Source: an uncultured virus (IMG/VR IMGVR_UViG_3300011215_000019) | Lineage: Duplodnaviria > Heunggongvirae > Uroviricota > Caudoviricetes | Virus record (IMG/VR): IMGVR_UViG_3300011215_000019 | Location: 1 to 64,000 of that record | Reading direction: 5' to 3' (one strand) | Length of the DNA: 64,000 nt | In this document: piece after piece, positions 36,486 through 45,689 of the stretch | Layout: each line of letters opens with the position of its first letter | Position numbering within the stretch: the first letter of the stretch is position 1 | Program-made: the position numbers and the translations under genes | The notes under the pieces: model-generated | The model's input: the letters and a program-made list of their open reading frames with translations, nothing else | Told to the model about the DNA's origin: nothing | Databases searched by the model: none

Positions 36486-37586
36486 CTAGTTTTGAAGCCG
36501 CACGGGCATGATTAGGTGTTCTGCACGGTCGCCTTGTGCTCCGATATGCATGGGCTTGGTTTCGTGTGGTGACAACACAATTTCGTCGCTGTGCATTGTG
36601 CGTAGAATCTCGAGTAGGAATGTCGGGTTCACACCGAACTTAATGGGTTCGTCCTGGTCAGTTTCAACGTTGACGCTTGAATCGCCGTTCTCGCTGGACG
36701 ACCAAATACGCATTTCACAGTCGGCGTTCTCGAGAATGACCGGCGAATTTTGTTCTAGCATTACAGTCACTGCATCGAGCGCTGAAATAAGTTCATCCCG
36801 GTTTAGCCTGTATGCCTCTTCGGGTGCATGGTTGGTGAATAGTTGCCTAATCTTCGGGTACTCACCTGCGGCCAGTTGGACGCTTGTCGTGTATCCACCG
36901 CTAGTCACGCCGAAGCGGTTCGTAACCCCTTTGTCCGTGGTGCAGACGAAAAGTTCAGTATCGCCCGCAACGGTTTTAGCTACTTCCTTGATCCATTCGC
37001 CGTCGACCGACATTTCGAACGTATCTTCAGAAGATCGATCCCAATCCGCGCTGCCCAGTGACAGGCGGTATCGGTCGGTGCTCATGATCTGCACGTTGTC
37101 TCCGATGACGACATGAACGGCAGTCAGTACGGCTAGCGTGAAGTCTCTCGACGCGGATACGCTGGCCTGTTTGATTAGCTTCGCGAAATCTTCGCCGTTG
37201 ATGCTTCCAATGGGTCGTGCAGCTCCCACGAGATCAGTTGGGTACTCGGCTACGGGCATCCGCGGAATCGTGAATTTGATGCCTCCCTGCGCCAGGGTGA
37301 CGCGCTTTTCTTCAACGGTTACCATCACGTCTTTTTTGGTTTTGAACTTGGCTGCTGACTTGTTGAGGTAGTCGCCGCGCAGAAGTAGTTCGATTGGCTC
37401 GTCAGAGTTGGCGGGCACGGTCAACGTTGAGACTTTGGAGTAGTCTGAACCGCTGGCCGTCATGCGCCCGTTGCCCACGTTTAGCAGGATGCCACCCATG
37501 ATCGGCGATAACGGGTGGTGAGCAATGGCTGTTTGGGCGAAGCGTACGGCTTCTTTGAGGTCGGCTGGGTCGATACTGAACTTCAT
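36486..37586 (-). CDS. dnaN: DNA polymerase III beta-clamp homolog (phage)
   Basis: STDRYRL, GEYPKI, NPTFLLE, LIMPVR; 366 aa. Confidence 0.88.
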   Translation of the reverse strand: MKFSIDPADLKEAVRFAQTAIAHHPLSPIMGGILLNVGNGRMTASGSDYSKVSTLTVPANSDEPIELLLRGDYLNKSAAKFKTKKDVMVTVEEKRVTLAQGGIKFTIPRMPVAEYPTDLVGAARPIGSINGEDFAKLIKQASVSASRDFTLAVLTAVHVVIGDNVQIMSTDRYRLSLGSADWDRSSEDTFEMSVDGEWIKEVAKTVAGDTELFVCTTDKGVTNRFGVTSGGYTTSVQLAAGEYPKIRQLFTNHAPEEAYRLNRDELISALDAVTVMLEQNSPVILENADCEMRIWSSSENGDSSVNVETDQDEPIKFGVNPTFLLEILRTMHSDEIVLSPHETKPMHIGAQGDRAEHLIMPVRLQN

Positions 37587-37882
37587 TACTCGGTCTCCGA
37601 ATCTTCGTCGTCTTCGATTAGGGATGGCACGATCAGCGAGATTGCTACGCCGCCGCACAGTCGGCTTCCTCCGATGCTGCCGACACGGTTTCCGGCGCTG
37701 TCAGTTTCCGCCTCGTAGCACTTTTGGAAGAACTGGTAGGCGGAATCTCGACCTTCGGCGGTGCGGAAGAAAAGGTAGGTGTGCAATGGCAATTCGTGAT
37801 ATTCACGGTCTGGCAGTACATCGGTTTCGATGATGTCTGCGAGTTCCCGCAACGCTTGCGCTTGTTTGGCTGGTGTCGTCAT
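37586..37882 (-). CDS. Hypothetical phage protein
   Basis: Coupled to flanking genes. Confidence 0.6.
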   Translation of the reverse strand: MTTPAKQAQALRELADIIETDVLPDREYHELPLHTYLFFRTAEGRDSAYQFFQKCYEAETDSAGNRVGSIGGSRLCGGVAISLIVPSLIEDDEDSETE

Positions 37883-38051
37883 TTCTTGGCTCCGGTTCTG
37901 CCGATGGCTCGGTTTGCTGTGTGGTCTGCCCAGGGCAGTTTGTTAGGGGTTCGGCGGGCCAGCGCGTCTAGTTCTGCGTGGCAAGCGCACCGCATTTGGT
38001 GTCGGCACACGTAGTACGGCGCGCTTCCCTTGCAGCAGGTTTTGCATTCCA

Positions 38052-38531
38052 TCAGGCGTTGCTCACTTCTGCTTCCCACGCGGCGGCTCGCTTGGCGCGT
38101 CTGGCTCGTTCGTCGGCATTGTGCGCTTCCTTGCAGGGATCGCATTTGGGTTCGCCGAGGCTTTTGTGTTGCCGGTATCCGCGTAGGGTTCCGTGCTCAC
38201 GTGGCAGTATTTGGCGGGGTTTCACTCCTGCCTTTTCGCGTTCAATTCGTTTCTTTTCGCGGTTATAGACGCGGCGTGCTTCGACGCATGGTTCGCAGGG
38301 GGTTTCGCCGTTACGTCGGTGGCGCTGGTAGGCGCCGTTTGTGCCGCATTCGGCGACCTTCCGTGGCGTGGCCGGCGAAGCTTTGACTCGCTTGGCCGCG
38401 GGCGTTTGCTGACCGTTGGGTCCGGTGCTTGTTGCCCCGTTTTTCAGCCATTCTTTGCACACGCGGCAGTCGTCGCCGTCGCGGATATGTTCTTCAACTC
38501 CGCGCTGGGTTCCGCAATAGTTGAAGCTCAT
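38052..38531 (-). CDS. Protein with three tandem C/H-GT..Y..H...C..C Zn fingers
   Basis: CGTQRG..H..CRVC; CGTNGAYQRH..CEPC; HGTLRGYRQH..CDPC. Confidence 0.75.
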   Translation of the reverse strand: MSFNYCGTQRGVEEHIRDGDDCRVCKEWLKNGATSTGPNGQQTPAAKRVKASPATPRKVAECGTNGAYQRHRRNGETPCEPCVEARRVYNREKKRIEREKAGVKPRQILPREHGTLRGYRQHKSLGEPKCDPCKEAHNADERARRAKRAAAWEAEVSNA

Positions 38532-38797
38532 GGGTTGGCCAGTTCGTTGATGTGGGCGGGCTGGAATCCGAACCATTCGTTCAGCATGATGTTGTGTTCG
38601 TCGAATACGGTCACGTAGGGCATGATCGCTGGGGTGCCGAGCTCGTCGGCGCGGGTGCGGACAGCGTCTGCGAGGTCGGCGTATTCCTGCTGGGATACGT
38701 CCACGGTCTTGTATTGAATTCCGGCTTCGTCAAGCTTCCGCTTGGTGGCTCGGCACTGCTGGCAGTTGGTGGTCGTGTGTACGGTGATAGCTGGCAT
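38528..38797 (-). CDS. NrdH-like glutaredoxin
   Basis: CQQC, ATKRKLD, WFGFQP. Confidence 0.85.
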   Translation of the reverse strand: MPAITVHTTTNCQQCRATKRKLDEAGIQYKTVDVSQQEYADLADAVRTRADELGTPAIMPYVTVFDEHNIMLNEWFGFQPAHINELANP

Positions 38798-38886
38798 AGT
38801 GTCTTTCTGTTGGTTTGGGGCCGTGCAACAAAAGCTGCACGGCCCCGTTTTTGGGTATGAAAAACCGCCTCTATGGGCGGTTGGGG

Positions 38887-39285
38887 TTACTGAACGCCGG
38901 TCTGCAATTCGAGTTCAGGGATAAGCGTTTCCGGCTTGATGATGACGCGGGTGTGATAAACACTCACGTCGATTGCTTCAAGCTGTTCTGAGACGTAAAA
39001 CGTGTTGTCCGATAGGCCGATCATGTGCTTGCGGTACTCGTTCGCGCCGTGCTTGCAAGTCACTTCGAGCTGATGCCCTTGGTCGTTCACTGAGCACCGG
39101 CCTACGACCTCGAATTCGTAGCTTCCGGTAATCCCGTTGATGCCAACGATGTGACGTTGCACTTCGAAGTTGTCGGCCGCGGTGGACAGGTTCAGGTTCG
39201 CTTTTTCTGCGTTCGATGTGCATCCTGCGAGCGCTAGCGCGCCGACGGCGAGTGCGGACATGGCGGCGATGGTTTTCTTGTTCAT
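38887..39285 (-). CDS. Conserved phage lipoprotein
   Basis: Lipobox LAGC; NLSTAADNFEVQR.IVGINGIT, GLSDN. Confidence 0.8.
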   Translation of the reverse strand: MNKKTIAAMSALAVGALALAGCTSNAEKANLNLSTAADNFEVQRHIVGINGITGSYEFEVVGRCSVNDQGHQLEVTCKHGANEYRKHMIGLSDNTFYVSEQLEAIDVSVYHTRVIIKPETLIPELELQTGVQ

Positions 39286-39312
39286 GGGTGCCTTTCGAGC
39301 GTTCGATTTGGT

Positions 39313-39489
39313 TTAGCGGAATCCGTGGCGTTTGCGCCAGGCTTCGCGCTCGGTGTCCATTCGGGCGCTGGCCTTCTTGAACTGGGCCTTCGCGATGGCC
39401 GCGAATGCCAGCATGATCAGGAACCACAGAGCGCCAAGCCCTGCAATGCAACCGGCGATAACGAGAATGATCTGAATGATGTTGTCCAT
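39313..39489 (-). CDS. Small membrane protein, 58 aa (not in ORF track)
   Basis: MDNIIQIILVIAGCIAGLGALWFLIMLAFAAIAK... Confidence 0.6.
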   Translation of the reverse strand: MDNIIQIILVIAGCIAGLGALWFLIMLAFAAIAKAQFKKASARMDTEREAWRKRHGFR

Positions 39490-39549
39490 TTGGTTTGTGC
39501 CTTTCGGGCATAGAAAAACCCGCGACGTTCGACGCGGGTAGGTTTGTGG

Positions 39550-40131
39550 TTATTGGCCTTGCCAGCCGTCACCGTTTGGTGTGGCGTTCTGCGACCATGG
39601 ATCGTTTGGAGGTGGCGCGTTCCAACCGCTTCCGCTCTGGGGCTGCTGCTGTTGCTGTGGTGGCTGTTGGCCTTGCTGCAGTGTGCCCCATCCCCCACCC
39701 TGGGGTTGCTGGTTCGCTTGAGGTACGCCGTAAGCTCCGGTCTGATGCTGCTGTGTTTCCGGTGGTTGCTGGCGCGGCTGATGGAAGCGCAGGTCTTTGC
39801 CTACTGACTCGACGCGGATTTCGACGACACTTCGTTTTTCGCCCTGCCGAGTCTCGTAGTTGCGGGGTTCGAGCTCCCCGTAAACAATGACCTTGTCCCC
39901 CTTCTTCAAGCCTTCCGCGACGTTCTCAGCTAGGGCGAGCTTGCCTTGGTTCCAAGCGATGCAATCCCAGAAGCGGGTCGGCTTGTCTTCCCATTCGTTC
40001 GACTGCCTGTTGAACTTGCGGGCAGTCACGGCGACAGTGAATTTTGCTACGCCCGTGCCGCTCGGCGTGAACCTCAATTCGGGGTCAGCCGTTAGCCGGC
40101 CCATGACCGGCAGGTACGTTTCGTTAGCCAT
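39550..40131 (-). CDS. ssb: Single-stranded DNA-binding protein
   Basis: GRLTADPELRFTPSG; Gln/Gly tail. Confidence 0.95.
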   Translation of the reverse strand: MANETYLPVMGRLTADPELRFTPSGTGVAKFTVAVTARKFNRQSNEWEDKPTRFWDCIAWNQGKLALAENVAEGLKKGDKVIVYGELEPRNYETRQGEKRSVVEIRVESVGKDLRFHQPRQQPPETQQHQTGAYGVPQANQQPQGGGWGTLQQGQQPPQQQQQPQSGSGWNAPPPNDPWSQNATPNGDGWQGQ

Positions 40132-40708
40132 TCGTCACGGCTCCGATCTTCTCCATGATCAATGCGTGTTCGTGCAACGTGATTTCGTGCGGACCGGCGA
40201 GCGCACGGCCAGCGACTTCGGCGGCGAACTGTGCCGAGTTTTCGATGCCAGCAGCCGACGCGGCCGTGTTGATTTCATCCCACTGGGCTTGGCTGATTGT
40301 TGGCTCAGCGTTCACGGCGGCGACGGTCAGTGGTTCGATGATCACGCGTCGGTATTTCCCTCGGCTCGCGGGCAACACGATGGTTTTCGTCTTCTCCACG
40401 CCCGTCATATGCGAGATTTCGATGCCGCCGGTTTTCTCTGCTCCGAACGTGATTTCGGGGTTGCGGAACAGGGTGAGTTGGTGGCCGATGAACTGCAGGG
40501 GGTCTTTGCCCCAAACTGTCACCATTACACGGCGCATCGACTTGGACGGGCGATAGGCTCGCCCTGGCACTTCGCGAAGGTGAAAATTGAACGGCTGTTC
40601 GCGGTTGCCCTTGGTAACGTTCTCAATCGTGAACGTGCGTGGCCCTGTCAGCAGGTCAGCGGCGTTGAGCTGATCAGATTTCGGGGCGATGCTTTCGGTC
40701 ATGTCCAT
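40124..40708 (-). CDS. Probable single-strand annealing protein
   Basis: KSDQLNA motif; between exonuclease and SSB; paralog of 53535-54128. Confidence 0.6.
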   Translation of the reverse strand: MDMTESIAPKSDQLNAADLLTGPRTFTIENVTKGNREQPFNFHLREVPGRAYRPSKSMRRVMVTVWGKDPLQFIGHQLTLFRNPEITFGAEKTGGIEISHMTGVEKTKTIVLPASRGKYRRVIIEPLTVAAVNAEPTISQAQWDEINTAASAAGIENSAQFAAEVAGRALAGPHEITLHEHALIMEKIGAVTNG

Positions 40709-40711
40709 GGG

Positions 40712-41542
40712 TTACCAAACCTCCATGTCTGCGAAGTGGTCGATGCGTTTTGTGAGCGGAAGGCCGGCGGTCTTTTCGAGGTATGCGCTGGCCATGTTGG
40801 TTGCGAGCGATTCGAATCGTCCTGCAGCTTGGATGATGACTTTTTGCCAGGCCGGGTCAGGGTAGACGCGCTTCACGAACAGGGGCATTCCTCCGCAATA
40901 GCTCACGTAGTCGATCCATGCCCGGCCGCTAGCCAGCAATCCAGCTTGTAGCTGGGCCATGTTCTCGACTGGCACTTCATCGGTAAGGAATGCTTCAAGC
41001 TGTTTCTTCTGGCTCCGCGACTTGATTTCGATCAGTCCGTCTTCGCCAACTAGGCCGTCTGGGGAATAGCCGAGCGTGAAGCCTTTGAAGGTTCGGGTCA
41101 TGAATCCGATTTCGGCAACTGGCGTGTAGTGCTCGGCGTAGTGTTCCCGTGCGAACGGTTCGTCTAGGGTGCCGCGCTCCATCGCTCGGCTTGTTGGTGA
41201 CGGTTCCACGTGGCCGGTGATGCGTTCCGCGGTTAATGCCTTGGTGAGCGACATGGCGGTGTCTCCGAAGGCGGGCACGAGAACTTGCTTGGCGTGTTCG
41301 CGGGCAACCTCGGCGCGGGCGGTATGCATGGTTTTGAGGTCGCGGGTCTCACCGTCTTTGTTCGGCTTGGACTGGCACGCGAAACCGGTCTGGCCGTCGC
41401 AGTCGGGGCAGTCGTATTCGATGGCGCCCAGGGTGCGGGTGCTGATCAGCAAGCCGACCGTTGATGCGGTGACAAGGCCAGCGCGGGCCTGTAGCCATTC
41501 GTCGGAACCCTGTTCCAGTTCCTTGTAAATCTTGATGCTCAT
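40712..41542 (-). CDS. YqaJ/lambda-exonuclease family protein with Zn-finger insert
   Basis: QGSDEWLQAR, YSPDGLV, LIEIK, Q.Q..L. Confidence 0.9.
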   Translation of the reverse strand: MSIKIYKELEQGSDEWLQARAGLVTASTVGLLISTRTLGAIEYDCPDCDGQTGFACQSKPNKDGETRDLKTMHTARAEVAREHAKQVLVPAFGDTAMSLTKALTAERITGHVEPSPTSRAMERGTLDEPFAREHYAEHYTPVAEIGFMTRTFKGFTLGYSPDGLVGEDGLIEIKSRSQKKQLEAFLTDEVPVENMAQLQAGLLASGRAWIDYVSYCGGMPLFVKRVYPDPAWQKVIIQAAGRFESLATNMASAYLEKTAGLPLTKRIDHFADMEVW

Positions 41543-41811
41543 TCTTTGGTCTCCTTGGTTTCTGGTACAGCGAAGGCCCCCACAATTTTGCGAGGGCCGT
41601 GAATGTGTTCGTTTGCTTTGCCACGTATCCAAGATGCTGTGAATCGGTCGTGCATTTGGTTGGCTACGTCGTTGAGTGCTTGGGCTTTGGCTTTCTGCAC
41701 TTCGATTCGAAGCGTCTGCTCGAATTCTTCGTTGCGCCGTACGAGCATGTTCGCGAGTCTCTGGTTACGTTCAACGAGCTCTTCGTATGTGGGTGGTGTC
41801 TGCTCAGTCAT
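41539..41811 (-). CDS. Hypothetical protein, C-terminus shared with P2 51881-52144
   Basis: KAQALNDVA.QMHDRFTASWIRGKA. Confidence 0.7.
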   Translation of the reverse strand: MTEQTPPTYEELVERNQRLANMLVRRNEEFEQTLRIEVQKAKAQALNDVANQMHDRFTASWIRGKANEHIHGPRKIVGAFAVPETKETKE

Positions 41812-41975
41812 CGTGTTCTCCTAGTTCGATTCGATCGGCGAGGGCGATCATTTTGCTGAGCCCGTACGCGAGGCCCACGGATACGGCTAGCCATCCGCCA
41901 GCGATGATTGCTATAGCCATGAGTGCATCCAGTGGTACCAGTATTCGTAGAGCGCGAGGATCAGGGCGATAAGGT

Positions 41976-42320
41976 TCACGGCTTCACCTTCGGGCGGTGC
42001 AGCACACGGGCTGGGAGGAATAGCTCAGCAACAAGGGACTTCGGGTGCGTCTCGCCTGAGTCCGGGAAGTGCACGCTGTTTTTGCGTACCTTGCCAAGAT
42101 CACCCATATTGTCGAGGATCAGGCTTCCTGCCGGGAGGGTGTCCAGCTGCGCCAGGTTGGTCACGACCTGGTATACGGCAAGGTAAGCGGACACGGCACG
42201 CCTTGCGATGTGCCGCTGCCGGCCTAGAGATTCGTTCGTGTGCATCTCCCGCTCGGCTAAAGATACTGCGTGCGTTGCCGCCTCGAGCGCGTCCTGGTGG
42301 AGGGTGATCTGGTCGGTCAT
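41976..42320 (-). CDS. Hypothetical phage protein
   Basis: LDTLPAGS...RVLHRP, similar to C-terminus of 51258-51665. Confidence 0.65.
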   Translation of the reverse strand: MTDQITLHQDALEAATHAVSLAEREMHTNESLGRQRHIARRAVSAYLAVYQVVTNLAQLDTLPAGSLILDNMGDLGKVRKNSVHFPDSGETHPKSLVAELFLPARVLHRPKVKP

Positions 42321-42692
42321 CGTCGGTTCCTGTCTCGGTTGTGGCCCATGTATCCACAGGCGTCCAGGTGTTTGGTCGTGCAGTCCGGGCAGCGGCGCAA
42401 GGGCTCAGGGTCGTGCTTGCAGTGGATGAACTTGAACTTCATTAGCACGAGAATTTCAGGCGTTTCAAGCGCGCCGCAGTCCTGGCATTGCAGCGTAGTC
42501 CGCTTGCCGTCGACGTCGACAACACCGTTCGCATACCCCACCAGAGTGGGTTGGAGCTCGGTCAAGCTGCACCACCTGAAATCCATACAAGCCCGAAAAA
42601 CAGGGCTACCAGCACCGCAATAAACCCGGTACCCATGCCAAGCACAATCGCACCAACCCAAGCCCAAGCCGCCGGGGTCATAGTTTCGTCAT

Positions 42693-42992
42693 TCATGCCC
42701 TATCCCCCTTCTTGGGAACCCAAATAGCGATCACGCCACTATTCCGTGACGGTGTAGTTGATTCTCGATAACCCGACTTCTTGATCAGGCCTTGCCGAGC
42801 TGCCATGTTGAACGCCAGCCCCGGCCACTTCGACGAACGCGGTTCGGTCGCCATGCGGGCGCGGAAGTCGTCAGCCGTGAACGGTCGGCCCTCGTTGACC
42901 AGCTCAACAATCACCAGATCAGCCGCGGCGAAATACTCTTCCTTCGACGACTCAAAAAGCATCGCGACAGGCAAGCCCTTCGACTCAGCCAT
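42693..42992 (-). CDS. Winged-helix-like phage protein, paralog of 49484-49777
   Basis: FTADD, GLI..GY..S...SR. Confidence 0.7.
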   Translation of the reverse strand: MAESKGLPVAMLFESSKEEYFAAADLVIVELVNEGRPFTADDFRARMATEPRSSKWPGLAFNMAARQGLIKKSGYRESTTPSRNSGVIAIWVPKKGDRA

Positions 42993-43263
42993 AAAGAGTC
43001 ACCCGCTTCTCGAAAGCCTTCAGCCCGTCATTGAACTTCGCCCACACGAGTTTGAGTGCCCTCGCCTTGGCGATCTCCAACTGTTTATGCCGGTAGATAG
43101 TCCCGCCGATACCGGTGCGACTCTCTGAAACGTAGTAGTAACGTCCCGAGTCGATGACGTAGAGAACGATTTCCGGTTCATGCCGATTCACGTGGGCGCG
43201 GGCAGTGATTTCCAGGAAGGTGCCGGTGCGCTTCTCGGCGATGTACGGGCTAAGCGTCGGCAT
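42985..43263 (-). CDS. Hypothetical phage protein
   Basis: Coupled ORF in early operon. Confidence 0.55.
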   Translation of the reverse strand: MPTLSPYIAEKRTGTFLEITARAHVNRHEPEIVLYVIDSGRYYYVSESRTGIGGTIYRHKQLEIAKARALKLVWAKFNDGLKAFEKRVTLYG

Positions 43264-43651
43264 CTTCGCCCCCCGCTTCAAGCTCGGCGTGGATTTCCTT
43301 TGCCTCGGCGTCGACTTCCGCAGCTAACGCCTCCGCCGTGGCTAAGACCTGTTCGCCAGCCAAACGGCGCATATTCGCGATAGTGCGTTCCAGCTGCGCG
43401 CTAGTGGTGATGTGCCAGTCATGAACCGGCATGTTAGGCCGACTTGGAATCTGGGCAGCGTTACGGTCATAGTGCACGCTGATCCCTACGTGCCATGGGT
43501 CGGCGTATTCCTTGTCACCGAGCGTGACCGTGATCGACAGACGCCAAGCGCCATCGACCCGCTCCACCATCGGCCGGGCCAGACGCTCAGCGCGGCGGGC
43601 CAGCAGGAAGGTCGTCTTAGCGTCCTTGCAAGTGATTGGTAAGCTATTCAT
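43250..43651 (-). CDS. Hypothetical phage protein
   Basis: GAAAGGA RBS after terminator. Confidence 0.6.
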   Translation of the reverse strand: MNSLPITCKDAKTTFLLARRAERLARPMVERVDGAWRLSITVTLGDKEYADPWHVGISVHYDRNAAQIPSRPNMPVHDWHITTSAQLERTIANMRRLAGEQVLATAEALAAEVDAEAKEIHAELEAGGEDADA

Positions 43652-43707
43652 GATGTTTTATTCCTTTCGGGAATGACAAAGCCCCGACCGTTCGCCCGGT
43701 CGGGGCT

Positions 43708-44121
43708 TCAATTCGTTGCGATGCGGACAGGATTCAAAACGTCCGCGATGTGTTTGTTTACCAGGAACCCGCGCCGTAACTTCCGGTCGGTTCCCGAGCG
43801 TTTCAATAGATGCCGCTCCCATGCTTCATCTGAACTGAACAGCGCGGTTACGATGTTGCGTCTACGGCCTTGCACCATAACCGCCAGGGTCAGATCGCCT
43901 AGCACGACCCATTTGGATTTGTACGCGTAACGACTACTGTTAGGCGGGTCTATCCATCGCCCATGCGCTAAGACGTGTCCAACCAAGTTAACTGCCCCCT
44001 TCCCGCCCATCTCAATAAGGCGCTGTTGGGCGTGCTCAGTGAGTAGGTAGCGAGCGCCGTCGTGATCCCAGGCAGGCATACCCCGATCAACGTCAAACAA
44101 GCGCTTCGGCGCGGCGCTCAT
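43708..44121 (-). CDS. Possible BECR/RelE-fold (DUF4258-like) nuclease
   Basis: LTEHAQQR...VLAHG...IVTAL. Confidence 0.5.
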   Translation of the reverse strand: MSAAPKRLFDVDRGMPAWDHDGARYLLTEHAQQRLIEMGGKGAVNLVGHVLAHGRWIDPPNSSRYAYKSKWVVLGDLTLAVMVQGRRRNIVTALFSSDEAWERHLLKRSGTDRKLRRGFLVNKHIADVLNPVRIATN

Positions 44122-44306
44122 ACTGCACCGCCGCCGATATTCGGGACGGCTTCAATCCACGCGGTAACGTCGGTGCGGAACTTCTCAGACTCCTGCGCGA
44201 ACGTGATCAGCGCGTCAAGCTCGCCCATCGTGATAGGCCCGCGCCCAGTGTCGAACCGTTTTCGCAAGCCGTCCAGGTATTCCTTGCTAATGTGTGCCGT
44301 GCTCAT
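44118..44306 (-). CDS. Hypothetical phage protein
   Basis: ATGA-coupled; similar position to 49244-49417 in P2. Confidence 0.55.
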   Translation of the reverse strand: MSTAHISKEYLDGLRKRFDTGRGPITMGELDALITFAQESEKFRTDVTAWIEAVPNIGGGAV

Positions 44307-44524
44307 GCTGCTGCTCCCACGTTCTTTACAGCATCCCGGGCTGTCGGGTCGCTGATCACACCAAGGATGCGCAAGCCCTCGTAGAAATCGAATTCGATCA
44401 TTTGCGATTCGAGGCGGCGCGCAAGCCGGATGCCGATCTTCGCGGCCTGACCCTTGCTAATCTCGATGCCCAGCGACGGGGCTTCATCCAACAAACGATT
44501 CTTGAAACCTGAGGCGGTTACCAC
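44303..44524 (-). CDS. Hypothetical protein, paralog of 48978-49247
   Basis: DPT..AV..GAAA ending. Confidence 0.65.
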   Translation of the reverse strand: MVTASGFKNRLLDEAPSLGIEISKGQAAKIGIRLARRLESQMIEFDFYEGLRILGVISDPTARDAVKNVGAAA

Positions 44525-44651
44525 TGTTTCCTCCTGATTTTGGGGTCGCCAAAAGACGCGATTTCTGCGCCAGTGTGCGGAACTCTGGTCGGGGTAATGC
44601 GGGGGAAGATGCCCAGACTTGGGCTAATGCTCGAACGAGCGGGGAGACCGT

Positions 44652-44879
44652 CTAGAACGGGTCTACGTCGCCGGTTTCTTTGAGAATGACCGGTTGCGAA
44701 TTCTGCTCCTTGACATACGCAATGATTGCGTCGATGTTGTCCTGGTCGAGCATGATTCGGTTGTTGCTAAGCCGTGTGCAGTGCTCCGGCTTGATTCGGC
44801 AGTAGCGTCGAAGCTCAGTCTTCGACATTCCCAGTTCCGGCGCTACTGCTTCGGGGGTTCGAAAGTGTGGCTGGCTCAT
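44652..44879 (-). CDS. Excisionase-like HTH protein
   Basis: PHFRTPEAVAPELGM..ELRRYCR; follows cro. Confidence 0.7.
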   Translation of the reverse strand: MSQPHFRTPEAVAPELGMSKTELRRYCRIKPEHCTRLSNNRIMLDQDNIDAIIAYVKEQNSQPVILKETGDVDPF

Positions 44880-45118
44880 GCAGCCGCTTTCGTGGTTGTG
44901 AGCTGGTCGGGGAAGAAGCTGGTGAACGGGATTCGGAAGAATTCTGCGATCCTGGCTACTTCAGTTGCTGTCCAGTCTTTCCCGCCGTTGCGCTTGCGGT
45001 TGAACTGGGTGAGTGACATTCCTGCACTTTCTGCAATCGCGCCGTACGACGTGCGGAACCGGTCTTTCTGTTCTTCGATCTTGCGAGTGATCGCGGCGTT
45101 GATGTTTTCCATACTCAC
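44876..45118 (-). CDS. Cro-like HTH protein
   Basis: IAESAGMS..RKRNG..WTATEVARIAEFF; divergent from repressor. Confidence 0.85.
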   Translation of the reverse strand: MSMENINAAITRKIEEQKDRFRTSYGAIAESAGMSLTQFNRKRNGGKDWTATEVARIAEFFRIPFTSFFPDQLTTTKAAA

Positions 45119-45122
45119 AGTC

Positions 45123-45136
45123 TAACCATATGGTTA
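45123..45136. promoter_or_regulatory. P1 operator palindrome
   Basis: TAACCATATGGTTA perfect; related half-sites up to 45190. Confidence 0.75.
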
Positions 45137-45188
45137 TTTAGAAAGCAAACGGTTAGCTATATGGAAGTAATGGTTATTTCTAACCAAG

Positions 45189-45443
45189 ATGATGTATGCT
45201 GTAGTCATGACCAAGAATGTCGATGAAATCACAGCGAGAATCGCGACTGAACTTCGCGTCAAGATCGCAAGGATGGCAACCCCGCCAACCAATGCAGAGA
45301 TTGCGGCTCGCGCCGGAATCTCCGCAATGGCCGTGGGTCGCTACCTAAAGGGCGAGCGAGCAATTCCAGTGCCCGTCTACGTGGCAATCTGCAGTGCTCT
45401 TGGCGTTGACCCGGGAGAACTAATGGCCGAAGCCATGAAGTAG
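45189..45443 (+). CDS. P1 immunity repressor (HTH only, no S24 peptidase)
   Basis: EIAARAGIS..RYLKGER..ICSALGVDP; real start may be ATG 45207. Confidence 0.85.
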   Translation: MMYAVVMTKNVDEITARIATELRVKIARMATPPTNAEIAARAGISAMAVGRYLKGERAIPVPVYVAICSALGVDPGELMAEAMK

Positions 45444-45566
45444 TACCCTCGGGTCAACATTGGCGGTGCTCGAAATGATAAATAGGTCGGTCGCCGTCAG
45501 CTTAGAAAGCGTCATCGCAATTGCGGTGGCGCTTTCGTTGTTCATATCGTCGGTGCTTACGGGCAC
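45420..45566 (-). CDS. 48-aa ORF (not in track), candidate SOS-induced antirepressor
   Basis: GTG start 8 nt after AGGAGA; LexA-like box upstream; ends ...LFIISSTANVDPRVLLHGFGH*. Confidence 0.6.
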   Translation of the reverse strand: MPVSTDDMNNESATAIAMTLSKLTATDLFIISSTANVDPRVLLHGFGH

Positions 45567-45586
45567 TACTGCATTCTCCTGTTAGT

Positions 45587-45602
45587 TCGAAGATTTGTTC
45601 GA
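45587..45602 (-). promoter_or_regulatory. LexA (SOS) box
   Basis: TCGAAC-AAAT-CTTCGA, one mismatch to actinobacterial TCGAAC-N4-GTTCGA. Confidence 0.65.
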
Positions 45603-45640
45603 ATGAGAGGTTGGCACCAGCCTACACCCAGCGATGGACG

Positions 45641-45673
45641 AAAAGAAAAACCCCGACCCAATGGGTCGGGGTT
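45641..45673 (-). terminator. Terminator after ltp
   Basis: AACCCCGACCCA stem plus T-run. Confidence 0.8.
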
Positions 45674-45689
45674 GGACTAGGCCGAAGGA

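Noticed and set aside
45189..45443. Integration-dependent immunity (attP inside repressor gene)
   Set aside because: The att core is about 2 kb from the P1 repressor and outside any ORF
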